Source of the DNA: an uncultured delta proteobacterium
GTDB lineage: Bacteria; Myxococcota_A; Polyangia; Polyangiales; Polyangiaceae
DNA: 64,000 nucleotides
Reading direction: 5' to 3'
NCBI GenBank assembly: GCA_963782055.1
Contig: CAWAIF010000003.1
Location: 5,312,001-5,376,000 of the forward strand
The notes under the pieces were generated by a model, which saw nothing but the letters and a program-made list of their open reading frames with translations, did not search any database and had not been told where the DNA came from. Shown here one piece after another: positions 40,556 through 50,642 of this stretch (position 1 is the first letter of the stretch; every line of letters begins with the position of its first letter). Made by a program: the position numbers and the translations under genes.

Positions 40556-42061
40556 TCAGCTCTCCACCTCGTACTTCTGGAGCCAGTTCTTGAGGGTCTG
40601 GTAGCTCGGCAGGCCGACGAGAGACGCGGCTTTGGTCATGTTGTCCGGCGCCTCCTTCACGGCGCGCGAGAGGTAGTGGCGGGCGACATCTCCGAGCAGG
40701 TCCGCGAGCTTGAAGCCGTCGCCGAGCGGGCGGCCAAGCACCTCGTCGTCCGCGCCGCCTGGGACGGTGCGCAGGGCATCGCGAGCCTCGGCCTCGTCGA
40801 CGATGGGCCCCTTCGACCAGATGAAGGCGCGGCGCAGCGACGCGTCCAGCTCCCGGACGTTGCCCGGCCAGCGGTACCGGAGAAGAAGATTCCTCGCCCC
40901 GACAGAAAGCTTCTTCTGCACCGCGCCAGGCCGCTTGCCGAGCTCGGTGTTGAGCTTGTCGAGGAGGCGGTCGATGAGGAAGCCCACGTCCCCTTCGCGC
41001 GCGCGGAGCGGCGGGACCTGCAGCGGCAGGATGCTCAGGCGGTAGTAGAGGTCCTCGCGGAAGCGACCTGCACCCACTTCCTCGAGGAGGTTGCGGTTGG
41101 TCGCGGCGATGACGCGGACGTTCACCGAGATGTCCATCTTGCCGCCCACCTGGCGCACCTTCTTCTCCTGCAGCGCGCGGAGCAGCTTCACTTGATGCTG
41201 CGGCGCGAGCTCGCCGACCTCGTCCAGGAAGAGCGTGCCGCCGTCCGCCTGCTGGAAGTAGCCGGTGTGGGGCGCGGTGGCGCCGGTGAAGGAGCCCTTG
41301 GTGTGGCCGAAGAACTGCGACTCGAAGAGCTCACTGGGGATGGCGCCGCAGTTCACCTCGGTGAAGGGGCCGGCCCTGCGCGGGCTCTCCGCGTGTATCG
41401 CCGCGGCGAGCAGCTGCTTGCCGGTGCCCGACTCTCCCTCGATGAGGATGGCCTCCGAGAACGGCGCGGCCTGGCGGGCGCGCCGTACCAGGCCCTTCAT
41501 CACCTCGCTCCGGTGCAGGATGTCGCCGAACCTCGGCTCCTCCGGGCGCTGCTCCTCGGCGAGGCGGGCGAGGTCCTCGCTCGTCTGCTGCACCGCCGCC
41601 GGGATGAACTCCGCCGCCAGCTCGAAGGGCACCTCCACGGTGGCGACCCCCTTCTGCCTGGACGACTCGATGAGCTCCGCCTCGAAGCGGGTCTTGGCGA
41701 CGATGATCCAGATGGCCGCCATCGCCGGCGTGCCGGGGCTCAGGTGGAAGGTGAGCCGGGTCTTCTGCCCGTACTTCGCGAGCGTCCACGCGACCGCCGC
41801 GGTGACCGCGCCGTAGATGTCCCTGTAGTGGGTGGGAGAAGAGAGCGGGTACTTGCGGACGACCACGCTCGCCTTGGTCTTCTTCTTCACCCAGCGCTCG
41901 AAGCCGCCGAGCTTGTCCGCCGGCATGTCGTTCAGGAGCACGACGTGGTCGAAGGTCCGCGCGGCGAGGGCCTGCCCGATGGGCCCGAGCTCGCCGGGCG
42001 CGTCGCTCTTGGCCGCGTTGACGTCCGCCGTTCCTATCCACGCCAGAAGAACGCCCGCCAT
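40556..42061 (-). CDS. Sigma54-dependent activator with RtcR/CARF-like N-terminal sensor domain
   Basis: LAWIG..D, FHLSPGTPAM (CARF-like); GESGTGK, GSFTGA, LFLDEVGE, RFREDLYYRL, WPGNVREL, C-terminal HTH. Confidence 0.88.
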   Translation of the reverse strand: MAGVLLAWIGTADVNAAKSDAPGELGPIGQALAARTFDHVVLLNDMPADKLGGFERWVKKKTKASVVVRKYPLSSPTHYRDIYGAVTAAVAWTLAKYGQKTRLTFHLSPGTPAMAAIWIIVAKTRFEAELIESSRQKGVATVEVPFELAAEFIPAAVQQTSEDLARLAEEQRPEEPRFGDILHRSEVMKGLVRRARQAAPFSEAILIEGESGTGKQLLAAAIHAESPRRAGPFTEVNCGAIPSELFESQFFGHTKGSFTGATAPHTGYFQQADGGTLFLDEVGELAPQHQVKLLRALQEKKVRQVGGKMDISVNVRVIAATNRNLLEEVGAGRFREDLYYRLSILPLQVPPLRAREGDVGFLIDRLLDKLNTELGKRPGAVQKKLSVGARNLLLRYRWPGNVRELDASLRRAFIWSKGPIVDEAEARDALRTVPGGADDEVLGRPLGDGFKLADLLGDVARHYLSRAVKEAPDNMTKAASLVGLPSYQTLKNWLQKYEVES

Positions 42062-42093
42062 GGTCCACCGGGCAGAGTAACAAGTGTTCTGGC

Positions 42094-42190
42094 AGTAGAA
42101 GTGTTCTTCTTCTACTTTCCGCGCGTTCTGTCAGAACAACCGGGCAAACCGCTACTTCTCACCGCGCGGCGCGCTGGCACGGGACGTGAA
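42094..42190 (+). promoter_or_regulatory. Two palindromes (candidate activator sites) and sigma54-like promoter
   Basis: AGTAGAAG-N7-CTTCTACT (42094-42116), GTTCTG-T-CAGAAC (42125-42137), TGGCAC-GGGAC-GTGAA (42175-42190; -12 imperfect). Confidence 0.6.
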
Positions 42191-42202
42191 ATAGGGGTCG
42201 GC

Positions 42203-43879
42203 ATGAACACGCAAGCCCCTCTCACCGTCCTGGTCGATGTCGACGCCGACGCCGTCGAAGCCCACATCCGCGACCACCGCGCCGACGCCCTCGCGGTGTT
42301 CGCCCCGCTCAACGAGTCGCAGCGCACCGGCCTGGTCACCGACGCGTGGTCCATCGGCCTGCGCGCGCTCACCAACGCCTACAAACAGGCGGAGGAGTCG
42401 CGCCTCTCCGACATCAGCAGGACGCTGAAGGAGGACCTGGACAAGCAGCTCGACGCCTACATCGAGCGGCAGCAGGACGGCTTCGTCCAGGTGCTCGCCC
42501 GCTACTTCGACCCGCAGGACGGCCAGGTGGTCGCGCGGCTCGAGGGCTTCCTGCGCGACGAGGGCGAGCTCTCCCGGACCATGGCCCGCTTCCTCGCGCC
42601 GGAGCACGGCGCCCTCGCGCAGACGCTCGCCCGCGAGGTGGGCCAGAACAGCCTGCTAGTGAAACGGCTCAGTCCGACCGACAGCGAGGGAGTGGTCTTC
42701 CTGCTGGAGACCAAGCTGCGCGAGGCGCTCGCCGAGAACAAGCGGCAGGTCTCCCACGCGCTCGACCCCGTCGCCGAGGATGGCGCGGTCGCCCGGTTCC
42801 TGCGCGCGCTCCGGCAGGAGCTGGAGAAGGCGGACAACGACCGGAGCAAGCAGCTGGCGCTCGCGACCAAGGCGCTCGACGCCAACGACGAGAGCTCTCT
42901 CCTCAGCCGGCTGATGCGGGAGACGGCGGAGGCGAAGAACGCGTTCGTCGCCGCGATGAACCCGGAGCTCCCGAGCTCGCCGATGGCGGTGCTCAAGACC
43001 ACCCTCTCCACGCTGCTCCAGGACCACGTGAAGTCGCAGCACGAGGTGATGGTGCTCATGCAGGAGCGGCAGACGAAGTTCGAGCAGGACGTGCGCGAGT
43101 CGCTCGTGCGGCTCGAGGAGCGCAAGCGCGGGGACGCCAAGTCCACCCGTGGCGGCTTCACCTACGAGGAGGCGGTCTTGCGCTTCGTCCAGCACACCGT
43201 CCAGGGGGCGCCTGTCACCGTCGACACGACGGGCAGCACCGTCGGCGCCAAGCCCGGCTGCAAGGTGGGCGACCAGGTCGTCCGCTTCACGCCGGAGAGT
43301 ATCTACGCCGGCGGCGCGCTCGTCATCGAGGCGAAGCACGATTCCAGCTACTCGGTCACCAAGGCCCTGCAGGAGCTGGAGGTGGCGCGCGGCAACCGCA
43401 CCGCCGGCGCGGGACTGTTCGTGATGGCCCGGAGCCACGCCCCGGCGGCGTTCCCCGCGTTCGCGCGGTACGGCAACGACATCCTGGTCGTGTGGGACGA
43501 GGAGGACGAGGCGACCGACCCCTACCTGCAGGCCGCGGTCTTCCTGGGCGTGGCTCTCGCCAGCCGGCAGCGCCGGCCCGACGACGCCGGCGATATCGAG
43601 GCGCTCGCGGACATCGAGCATCGCATCCAGAAGCAGCTCGAGCGGCTCGACCGGATGCGCAAGCTGGTCGAGTCCATCCAGGGCGACGCCAAGAAGCTGG
43701 GCGACGAGGTCGACAAGGGCGGCAAGGCGCTGGGGGTCCTGCTCAAGAACGCGAAGTCGACCCTCAAGGCGCTGAACGTCGAGCTGACCGAGGCGGAGGA
43801 GGCGAAGTCGGAGCCGGTGATGCTCCCCGTGGCGTCCCTCGCCGAGGCGCGGACTGCGCTTGCCAGCGCCGGGGAGTGA
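42203..43879 (+). CDS. Long coiled-coil protein with central PD-(D/E)xK-like nuclease domain (RmuC/DUF2130-like architecture)
   Basis: G..YEEAV, VGDQVV, VIEAKH; heptad-rich flanks. Confidence 0.7.
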   Translation: MNTQAPLTVLVDVDADAVEAHIRDHRADALAVFAPLNESQRTGLVTDAWSIGLRALTNAYKQAEESRLSDISRTLKEDLDKQLDAYIERQQDGFVQVLARYFDPQDGQVVARLEGFLRDEGELSRTMARFLAPEHGALAQTLAREVGQNSLLVKRLSPTDSEGVVFLLETKLREALAENKRQVSHALDPVAEDGAVARFLRALRQELEKADNDRSKQLALATKALDANDESSLLSRLMRETAEAKNAFVAAMNPELPSSPMAVLKTTLSTLLQDHVKSQHEVMVLMQERQTKFEQDVRESLVRLEERKRGDAKSTRGGFTYEEAVLRFVQHTVQGAPVTVDTTGSTVGAKPGCKVGDQVVRFTPESIYAGGALVIEAKHDSSYSVTKALQELEVARGNRTAGAGLFVMARSHAPAAFPAFARYGNDILVVWDEEDEATDPYLQAAVFLGVALASRQRRPDDAGDIEALADIEHRIQKQLERLDRMRKLVESIQGDAKKLGDEVDKGGKALGVLLKNAKSTLKALNVELTEAEEAKSEPVMLPVASLAEARTALASAGE

Positions 43880-43949
43880 CGCGCCAGCGGCGCCGTCTCG
43901 GCGAGCGCCGCGTCAACATTTGCACCGCCACCACGTCTACAATCAGACC

Positions 43950-44837
43950 ATGCCGCTACAACTACTTCCTACCCTCACGACCTGGACGGCTCGATGCGAC
44001 CCCCAACCAGGGCTCGACCTCGAATTGCGAATGGAGGCCCTTGCCCCGGACCGTACGAACAGCTGGGCGTTCGGCGGCTGCTTTCCATCGGTGACCTTCG
44101 GTGGCAGCTCCGGGGAGGCGGTGGGATTCCCAGTGTGGCTCTCTCGCGCCATTCCGGCAGTCATCGACCCCGCGCAGGACGCGGCGTTCGCGCTGAGCTT
44201 CCACATCGACACCCCCTACGAGCTGCTTGAGCGGTTCGAACGCGTCCGCGCGGGCAAGGGCGACGTGGTGGTACGCCTCTCGCTGCACGTGCAACTCTTC
44301 CCCGTGCTACCGCCCCTGAATGGCCACCCCGTCCTCGGGGTACCGCGGGACTTCTACGAGAACCACGTCTTGTCGCCCAATCTCAACCTGTCAGCCGACC
44401 AGTGGCGGGAGCTTCTCTCGAAGCTTCGCTTCGTCGATGTGCTCATCGCCGAATTTCCATTGCTCCAGTTTGGGCGTCCACCCTCTGCGCGCCTGGTGGC
44501 CGCTCGCCAGGAGCTGGACGTTGCGCGCAAGGCCTACCACGACCACCGCTACGACGACGCGGCGGTCCATTCGCGCAAGGCTCTGGATGCTCTCGTCGAG
44601 AATGGGCGCGCCGCACTCGCGGACCGCATCGTCGACGGTTACTTCGGCCGCGCGCACGACGAGGTTCGCACCCGTGCCCGCGCCGCCATCAACGGCATCC
44701 TGCGGGTGTTCCAATTGGGGCCCCACGCCGTCGGCGACGACGCCTTCCCGACCGTGCCGGTTACGCGGCAGCTTGCTGCCTTCGTCTTTGGCACCGCGCA
44801 GCTCATCGTCGGCTGGTGCGGCGACGGTGCCGTCTGA
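43950..44837 (+). CDS. Hypothetical protein, C-terminal helical DUF4145/HEPN-like segment
   Basis: ELDVARKAY..YDDAAVHSRKALDAL...GPH. Confidence 0.55.
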   Translation: MPLQLLPTLTTWTARCDPQPGLDLELRMEALAPDRTNSWAFGGCFPSVTFGGSSGEAVGFPVWLSRAIPAVIDPAQDAAFALSFHIDTPYELLERFERVRAGKGDVVVRLSLHVQLFPVLPPLNGHPVLGVPRDFYENHVLSPNLNLSADQWRELLSKLRFVDVLIAEFPLLQFGRPPSARLVAARQELDVARKAYHDHRYDDAAVHSRKALDALVENGRAALADRIVDGYFGRAHDEVRTRARAAINGILRVFQLGPHAVGDDAFPTVPVTRQLAAFVFGTAQLIVGWCGDGAV

Positions 44838-45080
44838 GTCACCGCTACCAGCGAAACGCTGAAGCGTTCCAGTTTCCGTCTTTGTCGTAGCAGAGGTTAT
44901 GCGCATCGCCCGCGGTACGTCCGCGTCGAGCTGCTCCCAGCAGAACGTTCGGAAGAATGAGAGTGTCGCGCCCGACCTGCTCGACCGCGCGCTCCTCGTC
45001 ACGCTCCGTGAACGCACGAAGCGCATCACGGAGGAGGAGCTGATGGGCAAGTTCGACGAGCTCCCCCCCCCCCCGCGTCT

Positions 45081-46596
45081 GTGTCTGCTTAGCGGTGTCG
45101 CACACTGTGGGTCCATTCTTCGTTCCTGATGCGAGAAGTTCTTTCCATGGGACCTGATCGGGAGCATCCCGGATCACGTGACGCCCGAGCAGCGGATCCA
45201 GGAGCTGGAGCAGGAGAACGCCGCGCTTCGCGAAGAGCTGGCGAAGCTGCGCAAGGAGATCGAGGAGTGGAAGCGCGGGTTCCGGGAGCGCGGGAAGCGG
45301 CGGACGTCGCGTTCCGAGGGTCGGCGGGCGGCCTCGGGCAAGCCACGCGGCCGCAAGGCGGGGCATGTCGGATCGCGGCCCGCCGCACCGGCCCACGTCG
45401 ACGACGAAGTCGTGCACGAGATGCCGGCGACGTGCAGCTGTGGCGGGGCAGTCGTGGCGACGGGCGAGACGGACAGCACAGTCGTCACCGACATCCCAGT
45501 GGTGCAGCCGCGGCAGACGCATCACGTGGCGCACGTCGGCAGCTGCGAGGTGTGCCACAAGCGCGTGGTCGCGAAGCTGCCGGGCGCGCCGGCGGCGGGC
45601 AAGAGCGTCGCCGCGGTGTCGTTCGGCCCCAACGTGCAGGCGATGGCGCTGGACCTGCGCTTCGAGCGGGACATGCCGCTGGGCAAGATCCGTGCGTTCC
45701 TCGGACAGTGGCTCGGCATCTCGATCACGACGGGCGGCCTGGCGCAGATGTTCGACCGATTGCGACGCCGCTCGGCGCCGAGCTACGACGAGCTGGTCGA
45801 CGCGGTGCGCGCATCGCCCGTGGCGGGCCTCGACGAGAGCGGCCATCGACAGGACGGCGTGCCGGGTTGGATGTGGCTGATGCGCACCGACCGCGTCTCG
45901 GTCTTCCGCGCCGAGCTGTCGCGCGGCGCGTGGGTCGCCGAGTCGATGCTCGGCGCGGGCTTCAAAGGCGTCCTGTGCACCGACTTCTACGGCGTGTACA
46001 CGAGTCACGACGGTTGGACCCACGCCTACTGCGGTGCGCACACCATCCGCGAGGCCAAGAAGATCGCCGAGCTCACCCCGTGCGCCGCGACCGAGGAGTT
46101 CCGCGACCGACTCATCGGCTTCTACGTCGCGGGCAAGCAGGCCGCGGCGAGCGGCGATCCCGAGCAGCGCCGAGGCGCGCGCATCCGCCTCGGCCATCTC
46201 ATCAGCAGCACCAACTTCGTGGAGTTCCCGGACATCGTCCGGCTGCAGGAGCGCCTCGACGAGCACAAGGTGGGGGTGACGCTCTTCATCGACCGCCCCG
46301 ACGTCCCGGCCACGAACAACGCGACCGAACGCGACATCCGCGCCCACGGGCGGCACCGCGCGATGACCGGCGGCACGCGCTCGGCCGCCGGCAGCGCCAC
46401 CCTGGCGCACTGGATGAGCATCACGCAGACGCGGCGCAAGTGCCGGCTCCCGCTTCGGGGCTTCGTCATCGGGCTGTACGAAAGTCACCTCCACGGCAAG
46501 CCGCCTCCGTCTGTCTTTGCCCACTAGCCGGCGAGTCCTCCGACGGTCGACGTCACGCCCGGGCCGCGGGCCGTCTTCCGGCCGCTAAGCAGAGAC
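45081..46596 (+). mobile_element. Compact single-ORF IS66-family element, 8-bp TSD CCGCGTCT (45073-45080, 46597-46604)
   Basis: IR GTGTCTGCTTAGCGG / CCGCTAAGCAGAGAC; exact TSD. Confidence 0.92.
45178..46527 (+). CDS. IS66-family transposase
   Basis: Leucine zipper, CSCGG/CEVC, DESG, TDFYGVY, CGAH..RE, TNNATERDIR. Confidence 0.92.
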   Translation: MTPEQRIQELEQENAALREELAKLRKEIEEWKRGFRERGKRRTSRSEGRRAASGKPRGRKAGHVGSRPAAPAHVDDEVVHEMPATCSCGGAVVATGETDSTVVTDIPVVQPRQTHHVAHVGSCEVCHKRVVAKLPGAPAAGKSVAAVSFGPNVQAMALDLRFERDMPLGKIRAFLGQWLGISITTGGLAQMFDRLRRRSAPSYDELVDAVRASPVAGLDESGHRQDGVPGWMWLMRTDRVSVFRAELSRGAWVAESMLGAGFKGVLCTDFYGVYTSHDGWTHAYCGAHTIREAKKIAELTPCAATEEFRDRLIGFYVAGKQAAASGDPEQRRGARIRLGHLISSTNFVEFPDIVRLQERLDEHKVGVTLFIDRPDVPATNNATERDIRAHGRHRAMTGGTRSAAGSATLAHWMSITQTRRKCRLPLRGFVIGLYESHLHGKPPPSVFAH

Positions 46597-46764
46597 CCGC
46601 GTCTGATGGGCTCGCTGACGCCCTAGTTCAACGCGACGACTTCGTCCACGGGCCCGCGCGCCGCCGTGCAACTTCCATTGGATTCCGGGGATAAGAACTA
46701 CGAGCGACGCCGCATCCGGCAATCCCGCCGGGTGCGGCGTTCTTCTTTCCGGAGGAATCCCATC

Positions 46765-46902
46765 ATGACCGAGCCCACCGTCCCCCCGTCCTTCTTCCGC
46801 CGCGTCGCCGGCAACGACTCCGCCCGCAAGGGCTTCGCCGCCGCGATCGCCGGCGTGCTCGTGGCCGCCATCAGCGAGGTGCTTTGGCCGCACGCGGGGT
46901 GA
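46765..46902 (+). CDS. Small hydrophobic protein
   Basis: GGAGG RBS; MTEPTVPPSFF...; coupled to next ORF. Confidence 0.5.
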   Translation: MTEPTVPPSFFRRVAGNDSARKGFAAAIAGVLVAAISEVLWPHAG

Positions 46903-47204
46903 GCCTGCACGTCGGCGACGCGCTCGTCGCCCTGCTCGACTGGGCCTGGCCCCACATCGAGCCCAGGGTGGAGGCCGCCGCCGAGTTCATCGCCGACGCA
47001 GTACGGCCCGAGCCACCGATGAGCATCCGCACCCTGGACGGCGAGACCGTCACCGGGCTGCTCGTCGCGGACCGCGGCCGGGTGCTCGCCTTCATCGGCA
47101 TCCGTCAGCCGCCGCCGGCGACGGCGCCCATGCGGCACGAGCGGTTCGAGGAGCCGCTCTGGCCGCGCGACGTGCAAGTCGACCCGTACCGCCGGCCGCC
47201 CTGA
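46899..47204 (+). CDS. Hypothetical protein
   Basis: GTGA overlap, good codon usage. Confidence 0.5.
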   Translation: MSLHVGDALVALLDWAWPHIEPRVEAAAEFIADAVRPEPPMSIRTLDGETVTGLLVADRGRVLAFIGIRQPPPATAPMRHERFEEPLWPRDVQVDPYRRPP

Positions 47205-47305
47205 GGGCGCCGGACTTCCACAACAAGAGCTCCCAACCCGAAGAAGGGCACCTGCGCCGCAGCCAGCGTGGGTGCCCTTCTTCATTTTCCAGAGAGGTTC
47301 ACACC

Positions 47306-47566
47306 ATGCGCGTTCAAGGTCGTCTTCTTCGCCCCGCCACCCTCGCCGAGCGGCGCCTGTTGAAGTCCATCGGCATCGACTTCATCCGCGTGCCCCGGAA
47401 GTACAACCCCTTCGCCGTCGCCCGCCTGGTGCGGCGCATGTCGTTCGGCGGCGCCGACATGCCCAAGCTCCGCACGATGGTCATGAAGCGGCCGGAGCCC
47501 AGGCCCGTGCCCGCCGAGCTGCCCGACTCCACGCCGGAGCCGCGGGATGCGGAGCGCGCGGCCTGA
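47306..47566 (+). CDS. Small basic hypothetical protein
   Basis: GAGG RBS, good codon usage. Confidence 0.55.
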   Translation: MRVQGRLLRPATLAERRLLKSIGIDFIRVPRKYNPFAVARLVRRMSFGGADMPKLRTMVMKRPEPRPVPAELPDSTPEPRDAERAA

Positions 47567-48203
47567 GCTTCGCGAGCTCGCGCTGCTTGCCCGGACGCCA
47601 GAAGAAGGGGGCTACAACCTCGGCGCCTACCTGTCCGAGCACGCGGCCGAGCTCGCGCCGCTTCTTCTGACCACGCCGGCGGACCTCGAGGCGGGCGCCG
47701 CGCTGACCGACGACCAGGTCGTCGTGCGGCTGCGGCCTCGCCTGGAGCGCGCCCTCGCAGGGCAGCAGCAAGGGCAAGCGCAACGGCGAGAACAAGAAGC
47801 CCGCGCCGCTGCCGAGCGGCTCGCGCTCTCGGTCCGGTGGGACGAGGGGCGCGCCGTGCTGGACGAGAGCATCTTGCTCTCGCGCGAGCTCTGGGCCGGC
47901 AGGAACAAGTACGCGGTCTTCGTCGCCGACGACTTCGAGACGGCGGTGCGGCGAGACCTCGTCACCGGCGCGCGCGCCGCGCTGCGCACCTTCATCGACA
48001 CGGCCGCGTGGGTGGACCGGGAGGGACTCCACCTCGCGTGGCGCGCCGGCCGCGGGAGGCTCAACTTCTTCCCGCAAGGGTTGTCCCCCGCCGACCGCGG
48101 CAAGGCACTGGTCATCGCGCTGCCGGGCCCCGCGCGCGTGGCCACCGTGCGCCATGCCCGCCGTCCCATTCCCATCGGCGATGGGCTCGCCGACCTCGCC
48201 TAG
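47547..48203 (+). CDS. Hypothetical protein
   Basis: 218 aa ORF in co-oriented cluster. Confidence 0.55.
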   Translation: MRSARPELRELALLARTPEEGGYNLGAYLSEHAAELAPLLLTTPADLEAGAALTDDQVVVRLRPRLERALAGQQQGQAQRREQEARAAAERLALSVRWDEGRAVLDESILLSRELWAGRNKYAVFVADDFETAVRRDLVTGARAALRTFIDTAAWVDREGLHLAWRAGRGRLNFFPQGLSPADRGKALVIALPGPARVATVRHARRPIPIGDGLADLA

Positions 48204-48280
48204 TTCTGACCGCGGACGTCTGCACGTCGCGCGGCACCACCACGACGGGCTGCGCCTCCGACGAGAGCGCGCCCGCTGGA

Positions 48281-49018
48281 ATGTCCATGGCCAACGTGCA
48301 CACCATCAAGGACAGCGCCGGGTCTTCGTCCCGGCTGCGCTCCGCCCCGACACCCGCCCATCGCGCCGCCGTCGAGGGCGCCCACGTGCTGGGCGACGCC
48401 GACCTGCTCGGCATCCTCCTCGGGACCGGAGGAGGCGGCGCACCTCTCTCGGCCCTCGCTGCAGGTCTGCTCGACGACCATGGCGGTGTCGGCGGCCTGT
48501 TGCGCGCCGGCGTGGACGAGCTTGCTCAGCGCCGCGGCATGGGACCGGCCAAGGCCGCGAGGCTCGTGGCCGCCATCGAGCTCGGACGGCGGGCCGTGCA
48601 GGCTGCGTCCCTCGAGGCCGCGCCCATCCTGTCCGACTTCACCGCCGTCGCCGCGTGGGCCCGCCCCAGGCTCGCCACCCTCGACCACGAGGAGCTCTGG
48701 GTGCTCGGGCTCGACGGACGCAACGGCCTGCGAGCCGCACGGCGTGTCGCCTCCGGCGGCATCCACGGCCTGCACGTCGGCGTGCGCGATGTGCTTCGCG
48801 CCGCCCTCCGCGAGGCGGCGAGCGCCATCGTGCTGGTGCACAACCACCCGAGCGGCGATCCGCAGCCGAGCGAGCAGGACGTGACCTTCACGAGGGCGGT
48901 GGCGGAGGGCGCCGCCGCCGTGGGCACCCCGCTCGTCGACCACGTGATCATCGCCCGCGAGAGGGCGAGCTCGCTGCTGGAGCTCGGGCTGCTCGCTGCC
49001 GGCAGCGACCGACGCTGA
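48281..49018 (+). CDS. radC: RadC/JAB-domain protein
   Basis: LLGILLGTG, GMGPAKA HhH, HNHPSGDPQPSEQD, LVDHVII. Confidence 0.92.
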   Translation: MSMANVHTIKDSAGSSSRLRSAPTPAHRAAVEGAHVLGDADLLGILLGTGGGGAPLSALAAGLLDDHGGVGGLLRAGVDELAQRRGMGPAKAARLVAAIELGRRAVQAASLEAAPILSDFTAVAAWARPRLATLDHEELWVLGLDGRNGLRAARRVASGGIHGLHVGVRDVLRAALREAASAIVLVHNHPSGDPQPSEQDVTFTRAVAEGAAAVGTPLVDHVIIARERASSLLELGLLAAGSDRR

Positions 49019-49119
49019 CCGATGCGCCCGCGGACGGCCCTCGCCGTCGCCGGGTCTCTCCCACCGCTTGCGCGGGCGTGACGACGGCCCCGCGTCTGCA
49101 CGCCCCGCCCCCAGCAACC

Positions 49120-49482
49120 ATGCTCATCATCCGAAACCCGCAGCACTTCGACGCCGTCGTGGACTTCGCCAGGTCCCACGCCCTCTACGAGCCCGACCCT
49201 TCCAGGCCCGACCTGCACTGCCTGCGCCGGTCTCTCGGCCGCCTCGAGTCCTTCTGCCGCACGGGCCCCGACGGTGAGCCCACCGTGCGCGTCGTCCTGG
49301 TCCCGGACAGCGCTCCCCACTCCTTCGGCTTCTCGGTGGAGGTGGCCGTGGACGGCGGCTGGGAGGCGACCCTCATCGGGGGCCTGCTCTTCCACGGTCC
49401 CGCCGACGGCTTCGGCAGCGGCTCCGCGCCGAGCTTCGCCTGCACCCTCACCCCGACCCTCGGCTGGTCGCTCCACACCTGA
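49120..49482 (+). CDS. DUF4120-like protein
   Basis: DSAPHSFGF...GGLLFHG...GWSLHT. Confidence 0.65.
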   Translation: MLIIRNPQHFDAVVDFARSHALYEPDPSRPDLHCLRRSLGRLESFCRTGPDGEPTVRVVLVPDSAPHSFGFSVEVAVDGGWEATLIGGLLFHGPADGFGSGSAPSFACTLTPTLGWSLHT

Positions 49483-49559
49483 CGACGCCTCCCGCGTCCG
49501 CAGGGTTGCTCTCGCCCGGGCTGCGCTGCAGCGCGCCCCACCACTCCAGAAAGAACATC

Positions 49560-50642
49560 ATGACCAACGGAACCACCGTGATGGGCGGACGGACTCTCCC
49601 GCCGCCGCTACGCACCGCGCCCGACATGCCCGCGCGCTGGGAGGACGTCGAGCTCAGCTTCGACGAAGCCGCCGAGCGCATCATCGCCGCCCACAAGAAG
49701 GATGGCGACGCCGAGGACCTGCCCATCGGCGACCTCAAGACCTGGGTGGTCGCGCCCGAGGACGGGCACTTCGCGCTCGTACCGCTCGCCCGCCACCACG
49801 CGCCCAAACCGCTGCGCACCAACGCCTTCTCCAATCTGATGGCGCGCATCGGCGCACCGGCCGACTTCATCCGGCGGCTGCCCGCGCCGCTGCAGCTCGC
49901 CAACATCAACTACATGATGAGCGAGCACGCCGAGACGTCCGCCGCCACCCTGCGCCTGCGCGGGCACGAGGTGGCCGCCGTCGTCAGCGGCCGGTACGCG
50001 CCGCTCGACCCGGAGGAGCTCCTGTCGTCGGTGCGCGATGCGCTGGTGCGCTTCGACCTGGTGCGCCAGGTGCGCGTCCGGGGCGTCGCCACCGGCCTCA
50101 TCGACAACATGCGCCTCATCCTGCCGGGCGAGTCGGTCGCGGTGAAGCCCGGCGACGTCTCCAACGTCGGCCTCGACATCTCGACCTCCAGCTTCGGCCG
50201 GAGCGCCATCCACCTGTCGCCCGTGGTGTGGCGCCTGGTCTGCACCAACGGCCTGCGCTCCCCCGAGCGCCGCGGGCAGCTGTCCTTCCGCCACATCGGC
50301 GACACGGACAGGCTGCGTGCCGGCATCGCCGAGGCCATCCCGTCCGCCCTCGCCCATGCGCGCGGGCTCATGACCCAGTGGCAGCGCGCGGTCACCTTCA
50401 TGGTGGAGGACGTGGCGCGCCAGGTGGAGGAGATGCGCGAACTCACCAATCCCGAGCGCAACGCGCTCGCGGCGGAGGTGAAGCGCGAGGCGCAGACGCC
50501 GGAGCTGCCCGAGCACATGCCGCTCTACTCGCTGGTCAACGCGCTCACCTCGACGGCCAGGAGCGCGCAGCCGGCGCGAAGGCTGGAGCTCGAGGGCCTG
50601 GCCGGCGAGCTGCTCACCCGGCACGTGGGGAGGTCGTCATGA
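49560..50642 (+). CDS. DUF932-family protein
   Basis: VVSGRY, WRLVCTNGL, FRH, LYSLVNALT. Confidence 0.8.
   Translation: MTNGTTVMGGRTLPPPLRTAPDMPARWEDVELSFDEAAERIIAAHKKDGDAEDLPIGDLKTWVVAPEDGHFALVPLARHHAPKPLRTNAFSNLMARIGAPADFIRRLPAPLQLANINYMMSEHAETSAATLRLRGHEVAAVVSGRYAPLDPEELLSSVRDALVRFDLVRQVRVRGVATGLIDNMRLILPGESVAVKPGDVSNVGLDISTSSFGRSAIHLSPVVWRLVCTNGLRSPERRGQLSFRHIGDTDRLRAGIAEAIPSALAHARGLMTQWQRAVTFMVEDVARQVEEMRELTNPERNALAAEVKREAQTPELPEHMPLYSLVNALTSTARSAQPARRLELEGLAGELLTRHVGRSS

Noticed and set aside
40676..42202. N-terminal extension of the 1067-aa plus-strand ORF
   Set aside because: Antisense shadow of the sigma54 activator gene; real start is likely 42203
45063..45074. Poly-C tract as phase-variation switch
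   Set aside because: Lies in an unrecognisable ORF remnant at the IS66 target site; no intact gene to switch
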